IMG/VR virus record: IMGVR_UViG_3300031087_000527 | Location: 209,384 to 259,022 of that record | From: a virus | Taxonomy: Duplodnaviria; Heunggongvirae; Uroviricota; Caudoviricetes | Length of the DNA: 49,639 nt | Direction: 5' to 3' (one strand) | In this document: piece by piece, positions 9,589-19,243 of the stretch | Layout: every line of letters starts with the position of its first letter | How positions within the stretch are numbered: position 1 is the first letter of the stretch | The notes under the pieces: model-generated | Seen by the model: the letters and a program-made list of their open reading frames with translations, nothing else | Databases searched by the model: none | Told to the model about the DNA's origin: nothing | Program-made: the position numbers and the translations under genes

Positions 9589-10935
9589 ATGAAAGAAAGC
9601 AAAATGCAAAAATGGCTTGATAAAGAATCGGCTTTGCGCACTGCTGTGCTGAGTGATATGGATTATTACAACAGGCTGGGCCGTGCAATCAACATGCTTT
9701 GGAACTCAATTGCACTTAAAGAGCTTGAGCCAGGCGTGAGGATTTTTACTGTAAACAGCAGTGAGCATTATGTGATTTTCAAAAATGAAGATAAGCAGTG
9801 TTTCTTTGTATTCTCATCTCTTTCTGAAAAAGTTAACATTCCTCGTTTAAAAGAGGAATCAGAAGATACGCGCTTTTCCTCAAACTTTATTCTGTCTATT
9901 TTAGATGCTGATTTCGTTGAGCCGCGCTGTATCGAATATAGTCTTGGTCTTCTGGATAATGCGATTAAAGATCAAGATGGGATGACCAGATTGATGTTAA
10001 GAGAGAGAATGAAGTCCCATTTTTTCTCATGCCCGAACTACATTGATAGTGCTTATCATTTCTATGATGCTCTGAGTGAGTTTTCAGGCTTAGATGTTTC
10101 TATTATGCCGCTTTATGATAAATCAGTCGCTGCTGATGTTGATTTTGCGCAACGTTCGTTAACCGGATTGTATCTGAAGCTGGACAAAATAATGTCCGTA
10201 TTAACGGAAGAGCCTCGCCATTTGCATTATGAGGCAATGGTTGTAGGTGATGTTTTATTCATTCAGGATTTTGACTGGCGGTATGCGATTAAACGTCAAG
10301 GTAAGGATGTGCTGATTGTTTCAGATCTGAATAAGTCCAAACCGAAAACGATGATTAAGAAAATCAATGAAGGAAAAATGGGCGTATTCCCTTATGGAGA
10401 TACATGTCTAAAAACGGAAGACGGTAAAGTCATCTATGTGGATATGAAACAGTTCAGAATGGGTGTGATGCTTAAAATCAATGCGTTGGTTTATCTTTTG
10501 GAGAAAGAAGGCGATATTGAGGCTATTGAGTATCCAGAAGATGTAAACTCATTTGATTATCAGCTTCGTTATCAGAATACCTTAATAGAGAGTTCTGCGT
10601 TTAATATGGTGATTCAGGCATTGCTCGTAAATGGCGGTGGTTTTGAGTATGACGAGAAAGCAAAGGGCTTTGTATATCACTTAGGTGCTGAATATGTAGA
10701 GGGCTTACCTGCTGTTGAGAGCGATGATGAATCTATGTCTGTCATTTCTCTTTACACGCAGCCCACTGATGTATTGTTGACACCTGAATGGATCAGAGAG
10801 ATTGAGAAAGTGGTAGAGGTGCTGAAGGCTAAGCGTCCCCTTCCTCAGATTCATGACAGGGATCTGACACCTGAGCAGGCGCTTGATAAAGGTATTGCAC
10901 ATTGTGAGGCACTGTTGGCGTTCAATCGTCAGTAA
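9589..10935 (+). CDS. Hypothetical protein, paralogue family A
   Basis: C-terminal ALLVNGGGFEYDEK resembles FLLLGAGQEYDKEK of the 8057 gene. Confidence 0.8.
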   Translation: MKESKMQKWLDKESALRTAVLSDMDYYNRLGRAINMLWNSIALKELEPGVRIFTVNSSEHYVIFKNEDKQCFFVFSSLSEKVNIPRLKEESEDTRFSSNFILSILDADFVEPRCIEYSLGLLDNAIKDQDGMTRLMLRERMKSHFFSCPNYIDSAYHFYDALSEFSGLDVSIMPLYDKSVAADVDFAQRSLTGLYLKLDKIMSVLTEEPRHLHYEAMVVGDVLFIQDFDWRYAIKRQGKDVLIVSDLNKSKPKTMIKKINEGKMGVFPYGDTCLKTEDGKVIYVDMKQFRMGVMLKINALVYLLEKEGDIEAIEYPEDVNSFDYQLRYQNTLIESSAFNMVIQALLVNGGGFEYDEKAKGFVYHLGAEYVEGLPAVESDDESMSVISLYTQPTDVLLTPEWIREIEKVVEVLKAKRPLPQIHDRDLTPEQALDKGIAHCEALLAFNRQ

Positions 10936-11019
10936 TAAACTATACTATAGCCCTGTTGTTTTGATTGATAATCATAATGGCAACAAGGTATAATAGAGAA
11001 AACCAACAAGGACTCTTTT

Positions 11020-12048
11020 ATGCAAAACACGAACTATATTTATGATGCGTTAAACGGACAGAAAGCATTTCGCAATGAGCTGATCGCTAAAAGTGAAGCA
11101 TTATTTTCTCATAAGGACTCAGTGCCTTTGGTGAAGGTTAAAGATGTAGAGGCTAAATACCTTATTAATGAAGCCTCTTGCCTTTGCTATGTTTTGGTGA
11201 AGAATCAGTATGGTAATGTTGATGTCTTTGTTGAGGAGTTGGTGAAAGGACGTGAAGAAAGCGCATTAGATTATCTTAAATCTTATATCTCACGCAGAAC
11301 TGAGAGTGGGGAAGGATTGAGTCTGAATCTGGTTGTGAAGAAGACTAATCAGAAAAGCCGTGAAGACATGAAAACGGAATTAGAGAACTTTATCGATATT
11401 GCCAAAGGTATTCCTTCTGTGACTGCTGAGTATTTGGCGTCATTAGAGCGGGAGCTAGCTGATTTTGACTTATCAGAAATTGATCGTGAGGAAGCGTGGC
11501 CTTCTCCTAACTTATGGCTGATTAAGGACTACGTGGATTTTATTCGTGGCTATGTTGAGATGTCAGCTTATCCTGATGCGTTTTACTATGCTTTAGGTCA
11601 GGCTGGGACAGATGCTTATCAGCCCAAGGTAGATGGTCTTGTTAAACAAGAATATCTGATGCGGGTTGTTTGTGAAAAGTTATGCTTTGATGATGCCAAT
11701 CGTTTTGAGTTTAATGATGGAGATAACCATATTTGGTTAAAGAATGACGATTTAATCATTGAAGATCAAAACTGCGTTTTTGTCTTTGAGGGTAAAGGTC
11801 AGGGTAATATTTCAGTTTTTTTCATTAACACTGAAAGCCGTGGGCGTGTTGCTTCATGGAAAGCATTTGAAGAGAAACGTTCCAGCAATGCTTTGACGTT
11901 GAGTGATCGGGTTGTAGTCATAGAGGATAATAAGGCGGTTTATGCAGATAGCGGGACGATTATGTATGTGTTCTCTCTGGTGAATGAGGCGGCGGTTAAA
12001 GCTGTGGTGAAGCATATTGAAAAGCATCAAAGACAAACGACAGAATAA
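11020..12048 (+). CDS. Hypothetical protein, paralogue family A
   Basis: VCEKLCFDDANRFEFNDGDNHIWL...EDQNC matches the 8057 gene; terminator follows. Confidence 0.8.
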   Translation: MQNTNYIYDALNGQKAFRNELIAKSEALFSHKDSVPLVKVKDVEAKYLINEASCLCYVLVKNQYGNVDVFVEELVKGREESALDYLKSYISRRTESGEGLSLNLVVKKTNQKSREDMKTELENFIDIAKGIPSVTAEYLASLERELADFDLSEIDREEAWPSPNLWLIKDYVDFIRGYVEMSAYPDAFYYALGQAGTDAYQPKVDGLVKQEYLMRVVCEKLCFDDANRFEFNDGDNHIWLKNDDLIIEDQNCVFVFEGKGQGNISVFFINTESRGRVASWKAFEEKRSSNALTLSDRVVVIEDNKAVYADSGTIMYVFSLVNEAAVKAVVKHIEKHQRQTTE

Positions 12049-12196
12049 GTATAGCAGAAAGGTCCTTCTGGGCCTTTTTTTGTTTGCACAAAGTGCTATA
12101 TTGTCTTTATTGTAAAAAAGTGATTGTAAACGATGGGTAAACTTGCTATGATGTTTTCTGTCAAATATTGACGTAAACTTATAAATAGAGGAACAA

Positions 12197-13186
12197 ATGA
12201 AAGCTGATTCAGCGCATGGTAGTAGTCCGATTGCTTCGATTTTGAGGGCATTGGGAGCGAACTTTGGTATTGCTGTGATTAAGACGATTACGGCGGTTAT
12301 GACGGGTTCGGGAGCAATGCTGGCGGAGTCGATTCACTCCTTTGCTGACTGTGCTAACCAGTTGCTATTATTGTTAGGTATTCGAGAGGCGAAGAAGCCG
12401 GAGAGTGAGAAGCATCCTTTTGGTCATGAACGTGTAAAATACTTTTACTCGTTGATGGTAGGCTTCCTGTTATTTTCGATGGGTGGTGTGCTGTCGATGT
12501 ATAAGGGTTATGAGCATTTCACGCATCCAGAGCCACTTGAATATGTAGGTTATGCGATTCTGGTATTGCTGGTGTCGATTGCGCTTGAGGGTTATGCTTT
12601 ACGTGGTGCGCTGGAGCACATTAAGAAAGAACGTGCAGGCATGAGTTTGCTGCAGTGGTTTAAAGAGACACGTTCATCTGAAATGTTGATTGTAACGGGT
12701 GAAGATATTGCGGCGATTACAGGTCTGTTGTTGGCACTGGCATCACTGGCGATTGCGTATGTAACGGGTGATTCTCGTTGGGATGCGCTGGGTAGTATGC
12801 TGGTAGGTGCCGTCTTGATTGGTGTGGCTATCTTCATTGTGCTTGAGATTAAGAGCTTGATTGTGGGTGAATCTGCGAGTCCTAAGAAGCACCGGGCGAT
12901 GGAGGCTTTTATTGAGGCAAGGCCTGAGATTAAGACGCTGTATCGTTTAGTTACTTTACAGTGGGGTGCGCAGGTTATGGTGATGATTCAGGCTGAAATG
13001 CATCGCACGGGTAGTGAGTTTGGTCTGGTTGACGCAACCAACCGTGTAGAAGAAGCGCTTAAAGAAGCATTTCCTGATATTAAGCACATCTACTTTGAGC
13101 CTGATCGCAACCGTGAGGTTCACGAATACGAAGAAGAACTGGATGAAGAAGAACTGGATGAAGAAGAACTGGAAACTTCAGCCTAA
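12197..13186 (+). CDS. Cation diffusion facilitator (CDF) family metal transporter
   Basis: About 6 TM helices; AESIHSFAD and HPFGHER motifs; cytoplasmic C-terminal domain. Confidence 0.9.
   Translation: MKADSAHGSSPIASILRALGANFGIAVIKTITAVMTGSGAMLAESIHSFADCANQLLLLLGIREAKKPESEKHPFGHERVKYFYSLMVGFLLFSMGGVLSMYKGYEHFTHPEPLEYVGYAILVLLVSIALEGYALRGALEHIKKERAGMSLLQWFKETRSSEMLIVTGEDIAAITGLLLALASLAIAYVTGDSRWDALGSMLVGAVLIGVAIFIVLEIKSLIVGESASPKKHRAMEAFIEARPEIKTLYRLVTLQWGAQVMVMIQAEMHRTGSEFGLVDATNRVEEALKEAFPDIKHIYFEPDRNREVHEYEEELDEEELDEEELETSA
13130..13173 (+). repeat. 15-bp tandem repeat x3 (GAAGAAGAACTGGAT) encoding an EEELD tail
   Basis: Directly visible at the 3' end of the CDF gene. Confidence 0.95.
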
Positions 13187-13187
13187 G

Positions 13188-13212
13188 AAAAAAGCCCCTT
13201 CGGGGGCTTTTT
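13188..13212. terminator. Bidirectional intrinsic terminator
   Basis: AAAAAA-GCCCC-TTCG-GGGGC-TTTTT. Confidence 0.85.
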
Positions 13213-13649
13213 CTATGGATTAAGTAATGCTTTGAAGCGTTCAACTTGTTCCGGCCCAATCTTAGCATTTTGAATAAGATATTCTTTGCCATATAGGTTT
13301 TTTTCAATACTTTCTAACTGATAATAGTAAATATTGTCTTCTCCATGTCTTTCAATAAAAATATCAAAATCTCCTATTTCATCACATAAAAATCGCTGGA
13401 GGCCGTCTTTTTCAATCACATAAATAAGCTCATCGTCTTCAGATGAATCAGGAATATCTAAAAGCGTGGGAACAATCATTTTTAGTTCTTCATCGTAAAA
13501 GTAGTAAGGAAGAAGAGAGCCATCAGGAATGTTCATCATACGTAGGCCGTAGAGTTCACAAAGATGATAAATGCAGCCATAAAAAACATCATAGAATTCG
13601 TCTCCGACGACTTTATAGCGAGCGATGATACTATTGCCCTCAGAGCCGA
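13213..13649 (-). pseudogene. 3' part of a hypothetical gene interrupted by IS607
   Basis: Frame stays open upstream of the ORF-track start (VGSEGNSIIARYK...) up to the IS junction, with no start codon. Confidence 0.8.
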
Positions 13650-13705
13650 CCGTTTATTTTAAACTATACAAATCTGATCACCTGAGCAATCAGTGTCTAA
13701 AATAC

Positions 13706-15469
13706 TTATTTCAAGCTCCCGTATCCAAACGCTACGCGGTTGGATACAAATAGCTCATGGCATAACGGAATACCATTACATCTCAGCATAGTCTGTAATC
13801 GCATACTTGATATTCCAAGGTCTCTGCCATTACCATACGCCTTCTTCTGTAGCCGTTTTAAATCGGAAAAGCTTACTTTTCCTCTGTCAGATCCTATCTC
13901 TCTCAGTAGTACCTGCTCTGCCATTAAAACGTCCACACCTTCTTTCTTAACCTTTCTTAACCTTACCACACGCTCAGGAAATCTCTCCCCAAATCCCTGT
14001 CCCCTTCGCGCTATCACATACGCCGCTGGCGTATGCTCATTACCTCTCAGCGTTATCTTTGACCTGTATTTCACGTTCCCGATAAAACTCGTATATGCCG
14101 GGTTTACCATCAGTAAACCCACGCCCAAACGCCAGCACTGGCCCGTAAAATATTCCCTGATCTTATCATAAGCAAACGACGAAAGCATCCGCGCATAGCG
14201 CTTATTATAGTTGTCTTTTAATGCTTTCTTTTTCTTCGCAAAATCCAGATCCTCAATCACCACACTCTTTCCCACGCTCAGAGCATAGTCTACTATGCTC
14301 TTCGTCGCCTGACTTAATATCGTCTTACGCTGCTTTGCTGACTTATCCTTCAAATCCACAGCAACAGACCACCCTCTCAGGTAGTTCCCCTTAGCATCCG
14401 TCTCAGACACGTCTAAGTGGTCTGGATTGATGTCCACACCAATCAGACCATAATCTTCCACTGTCTTAAGCTCAGGCTTACGCTCCAGACTCGTATTAAG
14501 ACCTATCCCTATATCATAGTCTCCTTTCGCATTTCTCATCAGCCTGATGGAAAGCGAAGACGTGGGAACCTTTAGTTCTTCACCTCTGGCTTTAGCCGCC
14601 GCCTTTTCTTCTTTAGTATACTTACATGCTTTTTTCCCATAGAGATGGAAATCAATATGGTTTTTCAGCTCTTCAGTATAATAGGAAACCTTAACCGGAA
14701 CTGATACCTTAGAAAAGCTATACTTTGATTTGAGCGATACCGGAACGGTTATATCCATAACGAACTGGTTATTCTCATCGAGCGAGATATTTGCATTGGA
14801 GTTGCCCAGCTTCTCATCGGTTGAGCCAACGAATAACATCTGCCCGTAGCGTAAAGCGTTCCATTGTTTCCTCCATGAACTCAGCTTTTCTTTATCATTA
14901 GCATGGATACGGTTTCTTTTACTCAGCAGCCCGGCAGAGCCGTAGCAGATTTTAAAATCACCATCGGCTATTTCATTGTTCAGCCTCTGCTCTCGCGAAC
15001 GCAATCGCAATAGCTGATTACGGTAGGTTTCTGAGTTAGCTATTGCGGTAGCTAACCGCGAGCGGTTAGCGGCGTAGTTTCGCTGAACGGGTGTCATGCT
15101 GTTCACTAAAATCACGGTATTAAGCTGCTTCTGCAGCTTCTTTTCTACCGACTGGATCTTATCCCTGACGTTATCAAGGTAGTTTTCCTTATTCGATAGC
15201 TGAGACTTAATCTGTCCGTGGATTTGCTGGTATAATCCCGCGTTAAAGATACGGTAAGGCAATATATCATTTCTGTCGCAGAGCGATTTGATTTGCTTAA
15301 TGGAAAGCCCGGTGAGAGATTTCTTTTTGATTTTTGAGGCGGTGATAAACTTGATGTGGTTATAGTGGTTGAGATACTCATTAAGAAAAGCGGCCTCATC
15401 CGCTGTAAAAGCGGAGGCGTTAACTTTAGTATTAATGGTAATGACGCGAGTATCTTTAGTCTTAGCCAC
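13706..15469 (-). CDS. tnpB: TnpB RNA-guided endonuclease-like protein (IS607-associated, 587 aa)
   Basis: RuvC-I GVDIN, RuvC-II VVIEDL, VNPAYTS, HTPAAYVIARRG; directly downstream of tnpA; GTG start. Confidence 0.85.
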   Translation of the reverse strand: MAKTKDTRVITINTKVNASAFTADEAAFLNEYLNHYNHIKFITASKIKKKSLTGLSIKQIKSLCDRNDILPYRIFNAGLYQQIHGQIKSQLSNKENYLDNVRDKIQSVEKKLQKQLNTVILVNSMTPVQRNYAANRSRLATAIANSETYRNQLLRLRSREQRLNNEIADGDFKICYGSAGLLSKRNRIHANDKEKLSSWRKQWNALRYGQMLFVGSTDEKLGNSNANISLDENNQFVMDITVPVSLKSKYSFSKVSVPVKVSYYTEELKNHIDFHLYGKKACKYTKEEKAAAKARGEELKVPTSSLSIRLMRNAKGDYDIGIGLNTSLERKPELKTVEDYGLIGVDINPDHLDVSETDAKGNYLRGWSVAVDLKDKSAKQRKTILSQATKSIVDYALSVGKSVVIEDLDFAKKKKALKDNYNKRYARMLSSFAYDKIREYFTGQCWRLGVGLLMVNPAYTSFIGNVKYRSKITLRGNEHTPAAYVIARRGQGFGERFPERVVRLRKVKKEGVDVLMAEQVLLREIGSDRGKVSFSDLKRLQKKAYGNGRDLGISSMRLQTMLRCNGIPLCHELFVSNRVAFGYGSLK

Positions 15470-15531
15470 GGTGAGTTTATCCTTTGTTTATAAAACAAGA
15501 TTACAATAAATCCTGAGCAAAATCAAATATA

Positions 15532-16080
15532 TCATGCGCCAGTGCTTTTCTTATTAGCATGGGAGCGTTTGCCATAGAGCTTAGCGGAGAATACGTTAAT
15601 AATGCTGATGAGATCTTCGGCAAGCTGATTTTCAAAGGAGAGCGCAGGTTTTTGTCTGAGGATGGTGATTTTGGTATTAAAGTGGGCGCAAAGCTTTTCC
15701 ATGAGAGGAAAGCCGAAGCGAAGCAATCTGTCTTTTTCTATGATTTTAATTTCGCTGACTGAGCCGGAAAACAGGAGTTTGATAAGGGCTGAGAATCCTT
15801 TTTTGTTAAAGTTTAGACCAGAGCCGATATCTGAGATGATTTTATTGACGCCGGATTGTTTGAGGACAGAGGATTGCCGGATTAAGTCATCTTTTTGATC
15901 GTGAGAGGACACCCTGCTATATCCTACAACGATACGGTTTTTCCCGATGTGTTTTTTACAATATCGTCGGTGTCCACCGGGGGTGATAAAGTCGGGGCAT
16001 AGCAATCCTTTTTGATGCCATCGTCTTAGCGTCACGACGGAGACGCCAAGTTCTGCGGCTTTTTGAGCAATACTGAGCAT
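15532..16080 (-). CDS. tnpA: IS607 TnpA serine recombinase
   Basis: N-terminal MerR-like HTH (LGVSVVTLRRW...TPGGHRRY) and catalytic YSRVSS; start after an AAGGA RBS. Confidence 0.92.
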   Translation of the reverse strand: MLSIAQKAAELGVSVVTLRRWHQKGLLCPDFITPGGHRRYCKKHIGKNRIVVGYSRVSSHDQKDDLIRQSSVLKQSGVNKIISDIGSGLNFNKKGFSALIKLLFSGSVSEIKIIEKDRLLRFGFPLMEKLCAHFNTKITILRQKPALSFENQLAEDLISIINVFSAKLYGKRSHANKKSTGA

Positions 16081-16142
16081 GTAATATTCCTTATTTTTTG
16101 AGATGATCACATTTGCTCAGATTTTTAAACTGCTGTCAAATA

Positions 16143-16251
16143 CCCACGTTCTTAATGGATAAGCTTTTAATATTTCCGTGAAAGATGCTACAATTTTGTC
16201 GATATGTTGCACAGACTCTGGTTTTATGTCTATTCGGATTTCATAGCCCAT
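16143..16251 (-). pseudogene. 5' part (36 codons) of the gene interrupted by IS607
   Basis: AAGGA RBS + MGYEIRIDIK...YPLRTW; joins in frame to the 13213-13649 part (181 aa total). Confidence 0.8.
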
Positions 16252-16315
16252 TTTGATTCCTTATGGTGTGAGTTGATGTAATGATATAATGCAGAGGAAC
16301 TGAAATCAAAAAAGC

Positions 16316-16344
16316 TTGTGCACAAAGCGATATTGTGATATCAT
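16316..16344 (+). promoter_or_regulatory. TTGTGC-class sigma70 promoter
   Basis: TTGTGC(ACAA)-17-TATCAT. Confidence 0.65.
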
Positions 16345-16376
16345 TGCTGATAATATAAACAGATGAGAGATAAAAA

Positions 16377-17120
16377 ATGCGGATTAATAAAAGTTTTTAT
16401 TTAGGAACAGGTGAGAAAGAGTCAATCCATATCATTAAAGGCGAGATAACGGTATCTTATATTACGCCATTCCTGGAGGAGTTGTCTTTTACTCTTGCTG
16501 ATCTAAAGGCGCTGCATGCTGTTAATCCTGATTTTCTTCCAATCGATTTCGACCGTTGGGAGAAAATCATTGCTAAGGATAAGCAAGGCGATGTTGCTGT
16601 AGCAGGTTTGAAGGAACTGAAAAACTTAGCCAAAGATGATGTTTATTTTGATGATGCTGACAATCTTAATATTTCCTTTAGAAAGGAAAAAGAGGGCGGA
16701 AAAAACAAAGGTCTGGCTATTGCGATGATGATGCCTTTTGGTCTGATTGAAGCGCAGGAAAAGGCAGATAATGAAGATGTATCAAAGATCCTGCGAGGTT
16801 GGACTATTGAGCATGATGCTTTGGTCGCTCAGGCTTTCGGTGTTAAAGTAGGTCTGGGTGTTGCGACTAAGGTTAAGATTTTCAGTCTTATTTGCGAGCA
16901 TTTAAACGAGCACATTGATGAGACAGAGAAGTTTGTAAACAAGCGTCTTGCTCGTTATTCACCTCTTTTAAATATTATGAAGATTAGCGATCATAAAGAC
17001 GATATTAAGGCGATTCTTGATGAGGTTTATGAGCCAGCGTCTGGCAAGTATTATGATGAGCATAAGGTTGGCGATCTGTTGAAAAAAGTCTTAGGTATGC
17101 AAAATGTGAAGTGTATCTAA
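16377..17120 (+). CDS. Hypothetical protein, paralogue pair B
   Basis: MRINKSFY...KYYDEHKVGDLLK resembles the next gene. Confidence 0.8.
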   Translation: MRINKSFYLGTGEKESIHIIKGEITVSYITPFLEELSFTLADLKALHAVNPDFLPIDFDRWEKIIAKDKQGDVAVAGLKELKNLAKDDVYFDDADNLNISFRKEKEGGKNKGLAIAMMMPFGLIEAQEKADNEDVSKILRGWTIEHDALVAQAFGVKVGLGVATKVKIFSLICEHLNEHIDETEKFVNKRLARYSPLLNIMKISDHKDDIKAILDEVYEPASGKYYDEHKVGDLLKKVLGMQNVKCI

Positions 17121-17136
17121 AAACCTAGCAGGTGTG

Positions 17137-17165
17137 TTGTGCATGATCGGCATGTCTGCTATACT
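17137..17165 (+). promoter_or_regulatory. TTGTGCATGA-class sigma70 promoter
   Basis: TTGTGC(ATGA)-17-TATACT. Confidence 0.8.
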
Positions 17166-17193
17166 GAGTCAATAATCTTAAAGAGGAACAGAA

Positions 17194-17964
17194 ATGAAAA
17201 TCAACGCAGGCTTCTTTGCTGGTAGTAAAAATCAGGTGTCGTCTCAGGTTTTGGATGGTGTGATTGAGGTGAGTGAAGTAGCCTCCGTAGTCTATTCATT
17301 GAAGTTTGGTGTTCAAAACCTGCTTCATAACTATAGCCTGAATAAGGACTGCGGTATTAATATTAATATTGATTTTAAGAAGTGGCTTGATCTTTTGCAG
17401 AAAAGGCAAAATGTTCTGATTTATTTTAAAGCAATTAAAATGCTGAGAAGTTTTGCAGGTTGCGATTTTACTGTTGATAGTCAGTATGGTGTCGATGCCG
17501 CTTTTGATAAAAAAGAGACAAAAGAAGAGCATGTTAAATATGCAGAGTCTCTAGTGGATGTCTTTTTCCATGATGATGCTCTGAAAATAATGAAAGAATG
17601 TCTTGAGAAGACAAGTTCTACATCATGGTTCTTTAATCCAAATAGCAACGCTATCAGCTATGTCAATGATGATATAGTGATCACGTTGTCAGCGAAAGCA
17701 ACAAAAGAGATTTTTAAGTTGATTTCTGAGCATGTTAATAAAAATCTGGATAATGCTCTGGCTGAAACGGAAGAGGTGCTGGAAGGCATTCAGGGCCTGG
17801 ATGTGTTGTGTCAGAGTCCAGAACAGACTCGCGCATTCCTGATGAAGATTACCGACATTCTGTTTGACATCAAGGAAGGTGATGAGGCGGAATACTACGA
17901 TAATCACGCGATTGCTGATATTCTGAAAAATGAACTCAAGTTCAAATCAGCGACGGTTTTCTAA
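17194..17964 (+). CDS. Hypothetical protein, paralogue pair B
   Basis: MKINAGFF...EYYDNHAIADILK. Confidence 0.8.
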   Translation: MKINAGFFAGSKNQVSSQVLDGVIEVSEVASVVYSLKFGVQNLLHNYSLNKDCGININIDFKKWLDLLQKRQNVLIYFKAIKMLRSFAGCDFTVDSQYGVDAAFDKKETKEEHVKYAESLVDVFFHDDALKIMKECLEKTSSTSWFFNPNSNAISYVNDDIVITLSAKATKEIFKLISEHVNKNLDNALAETEEVLEGIQGLDVLCQSPEQTRAFLMKITDILFDIKEGDEAEYYDNHAIADILKNELKFKSATVF

Positions 17965-17988
17965 AAGAATCGATCTAAGAGGTTTGTA

Positions 17989-18210
17989 ATGAAAAAAATC
18001 CTGTTTGCCATAATGATGTGTCTGAGTGTATCGTCTCATGCGGAGAGTGTGTCGGGAAGTTTTACGGCAAAGCTCATGATTGAGAACAGGAGCGCCTGTG
18101 AGGTTAAAATGGATTCGGATATAGCTGATGTCAGAAAACGCGTCATATGCGATTCTACACAGCCATTTAAGGTGGAAAAGCAAGATTCTTTGATAACAGT
18201 TGAGTTCTAA
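17989..18210 (+). CDS. Small exported protein (fimbrial-subunit-like start, two Cys)
   Basis: Signal peptide; GSFTAKLMIENRSAC; C-terminal LITVEF. Confidence 0.65.
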   Translation: MKKILFAIMMCLSVSSHAESVSGSFTAKLMIENRSACEVKMDSDIADVRKRVICDSTQPFKVEKQDSLITVEF

Positions 18211-18237
18211 AAGAAAAGGCCCTGCGGGGCCTTTTTA

Positions 18238-19113
18238 TTATGGTTTTGTATTGCTGGTAATAAGTTCGAGTCTTTCAAGTAAAGCGTTATCAAGAATTAA
18301 AGCATTTTCGTCATCGATAGTTTTTCTGAGTGAGAGTGATTTTTTGAATACGTTTATTGCTGTTCCTTCCATGAGTGTATTTTTATGGTGATAAGCATCA
18401 AAAATATCTTTATCAAAAACACCCGTTTTTACTACAGCCTTAATAATCTCATTAAGATTGTGTATGCTTGAAGATCTGAAATCATCAATAAAACCATTAA
18501 TAATTTGTCGGGTAAAGCTAAAGAACACTAAAGACTCTGGATGTTTTTTTAGATTTAAAATATCATGATTATTTTGATGAAGTTTAACAAATATATGATG
18601 GTCTGGCGCTTTTATAATGCTATCTCTCAGATACTTCTCGAAGAAATCACGTTCTTTATGATTGCTGATTTTTTTAATATTATCGAGTAATCGTGAGACT
18701 ACAGACTCGTTGATTTGAGTTTGTTCTAAACAGGTATCACAGAAATGAAGAATATCTGAATAGGATTTATTATCAGCATTCGCTTTATTGATGTAAGGAG
18801 TAATAATGTCATTTGCAGCTTTATTAAAAGCAGGATGGCTATTAAAAGCGAGATGATAAAAGAAGTCAGCATCACTGATATTATGATAATCTTTTTTACT
18901 GAGCCATTCATTTATATCAACTTCTTTATCAAAAGCTATAGAGGCTTTCAGTGTATTAGCAAAGAGTTCAATAAAATAACTTGCCTTGCTGATGTCTTTT
19001 GGGCAAACAATGATAGGCGGCTTAGTTAAAAAAGGTTGCGAGCTGTAATCGATCAATTTTTTCTGATGATCAATGAGTTCAATAAGAGCTTCACGAGAGT
19101 AGTTTTGATACAT
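18238..19113 (-). CDS. Hypothetical protein
   Basis: 291-codon ORF; GAGG RBS; AT-rich. Confidence 0.75.
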   Translation of the reverse strand: MYQNYSREALIELIDHQKKLIDYSSQPFLTKPPIIVCPKDISKASYFIELFANTLKASIAFDKEVDINEWLSKKDYHNISDADFFYHLAFNSHPAFNKAANDIITPYINKANADNKSYSDILHFCDTCLEQTQINESVVSRLLDNIKKISNHKERDFFEKYLRDSIIKAPDHHIFVKLHQNNHDILNLKKHPESLVFFSFTRQIINGFIDDFRSSSIHNLNEIIKAVVKTGVFDKDIFDAYHHKNTLMEGTAINVFKKSLSLRKTIDDENALILDNALLERLELITSNTKP

Positions 19114-19243
19114 GTTGTTTCCTCTTTTTGTTAAAGCATGACTATATCATAAACGTAATAGAAAGATCTATAAATTCATTTTGATTGTTATACAGTTGGA
19201 TTTAATGTATAGTTAAAAAAATTTAAGCCGAGGAGAATATCTG

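Larger units (their letters stand above)
13652..16142 (-). mobile_element. IS607-family insertion sequence (tnpA serine recombinase + tnpB)
   Basis: GG core at both junctions (minus strand ACGTG-GG-TATTTG and ATAAAC-GG-TCGGC); no TSD; AGTTTAAAA and TGATCA shared near both ends; excision restores the reading frame. Confidence 0.88.

Noticed and set aside
13706-15469. Cas12f/Cas14 CRISPR effector
   Set aside because: No CRISPR array or cas genes; it lies directly behind an IS607 tnpA inside defined IS ends.
13652-16142. IStron (group I intron-IS607 hybrid)
   Set aside because: Only about 60 bp separate the left end from the tnpA start, leaving no room for an intron core.
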